Shown piece by piece: positions 31,064-32,000 of a stretch of 32,000 bases of DNA (positions are counted from its first letter, which is position 1; every line of letters starts with the position of its first letter). A program made the position numbers and the translations under genes. This DNA comes from Fulvivirga ulvae (GTDB lineage Bacteria > Bacteroidota > Bacteroidia > Cytophagales > Cyclobacteriaceae). The stretch lies in NCBI RefSeq assembly GCF_021389975.1, contig NZ_CP089981.1, positions 2,992,199 to 3,024,198 on the forward strand, given 5' to 3'. Under the pieces are notes generated by a model, which saw only the letters and a list, made by a program, of their open reading frames with translations, was not told the DNA's origin and did no database searches.

Positions 31064-31825
31064 TCATCTGCCAGAAGGGATAACGCTCATGTCAGCCCTG
31101 TAGCTCCAGCTTTCACTTTCAATTTTCCTGACAGAAGTGGATATGTGATTATTTGCCTCCAGTGCCTTACTTCCTGATAAAACCTGTTGACTGAGATCAG
31201 CAATGGATAATATCTGTTGGTCAAACGAGGCAAAACTTTTTCTGGGAACCATCATCAGGTATCCCGCATGTTCACCACCGGAGAGTAGTTTGTAAAGCGT
31301 ATATTCAGGCACGGCTTTTTGTTTGACCGCGGCTTCCTTCAATGTTCTCATGGCCTTTTCAAAGATCATTTCTTTGCCAGGGTGTACAGTAATGTGAAAT
31401 ACTTCAATAGCTCCTGAAGGCTTGTGATCTTCAAGCAAATAGGCAGTACTGAGTGATCTGTCCAGAGCATAAACCTGTCGGAATACACTTTCAGCAAAAG
31501 GCGCGGTAGTCTGAGCGAAATCTTTGCCATCACCTGCCGGATCAACCCGATTGTCAAAAGCACTATGTGATATGCCGAATGAACCATCGATGAACATCCC
31601 CAGCCTGTTGCCGCTTTGTACATACCATGCATACCAAACCAATGGGTCCTGCTTCTCTTTGTGCCATTCCAAATGCTCTTTATACCCCGTCTCAAAAAGC
31701 TCTTTCGCATTTTCTTTTGGGTAGTAAGCAAAAATATAGGCAGCTTCACCACTAACATCTCCGGATTGACTGAAGGCAGACATAGAAACCAGAATCAGTA
31801 ATATCATAATCAGGACGTTTCTCAT
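31064..31825 (-). CDS. secreted hypothetical protein that appears to contain two similar domains
   Basis: I prefer the ATG at 31825 (MRNVLIMILLILVSMSAFSQ signal peptide) over the TTG at 31846. The two halves look alike by eye (...AKELFETGYKEHLEW...SHSAFDN versus ...GKEMIFEKAMRTLKEA...KSFASFDQ). I recognise no family. Confidence 0.55.
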   Translation of the reverse strand: MRNVLIMILLILVSMSAFSQSGDVSGEAAYIFAYYPKENAKELFETGYKEHLEWHKEKQDPLVWYAWYVQSGNRLGMFIDGSFGISHSAFDNRVDPAGDGKDFAQTTAPFAESVFRQVYALDRSLSTAYLLEDHKPSGAIEVFHITVHPGKEMIFEKAMRTLKEAAVKQKAVPEYTLYKLLSGGEHAGYLMMVPRKSFASFDQQILSIADLSQQVLSGSKALEANNHISTSVRKIESESWSYRADMSVIPSGR

Positions 31826-32000
31826 AACATTTTGATTTTTATACAAATAAAGGCAGGGTCATGTAGCTGTAATTGTATAAATGCGAACAGGAATTAAAGA
31901 AAGAGAATAAAGGAGGAAGTACCTTCAATGTGGATGATTCCGAGTTATAAAACAATAAAGTAATTATTGAAAAAATCTTTCCTGGCAGAGAACTCTGCTA

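Noticed and set aside
31366-31758. 130-aa alternate-frame ORF inside the 31064-31825 gene.
   Set aside because: The longer frame has a proper signal peptide and spans the region. The alternate frame has no start context or motif.
31981-32000. GAGAACTCTG at the window edge matches 10 nt of the 8866-8914 palindrome, hinting at a repeat family.
   Set aside because: A 10-mer match to any part of a 49-nt element is roughly expected by chance in 64 kb of two-strand sequence. Flanking bases do not match and the site is truncated by the window end.

Overview
This 32-kb chromosomal segment looks Bacteroidota-like: it has a SusC/SusD pair, a T9SS C-terminal sorting domain, lipoprotein signal peptides and TAnnTTTG-type promoter boxes. 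I saw no rRNA, tRNA, CRISPR array, transposase or integrase. From left to right the window contains: (1) the 3' end of an ornithine cyclodeaminase/mu-crystallin-family gene. (2) Five tightly spaced co-directional genes (443-4670) whose products I cannot assign to any family. (3) A 4HB-MCP-like two-TM protein, a small membrane protein, and a secreted M43-type metalloprotease with FN3, GEVED and T9SS domains. (4) An AraC regulator with an aldo/keto reductase. (5) A LacI-family regulator divergent from a long co-directional operon-like run (12481-30182). That run encodes SusC, SusD, a GH63-like lipoprotein, a 995-aa three-domain fusion (APH-fold kinase, degenerate M23-like domain, class-III PLP enzyme), a LacZ-type GH2, aldose 1-epimerase, an SGLT-type Na+ symporter, GalK and GalT. 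(6) A second AraC regulator and a secreted protein that appears to contain two similar domains. The most interesting hypothesis is that the LacI/SusCD locus uses glycosylated 5-hydroxylysine (Glc-alpha1,2-Gal-beta-O-Hyl, the collagen-type glycan). It would combine an alpha-glucosidase, a beta-galactosidase, the Leloir pathway and a fused hydroxylysine-kinase/phospho-lyase-like enzyme. That is inference from domain motifs and gene order only. No searches or computations could be run.
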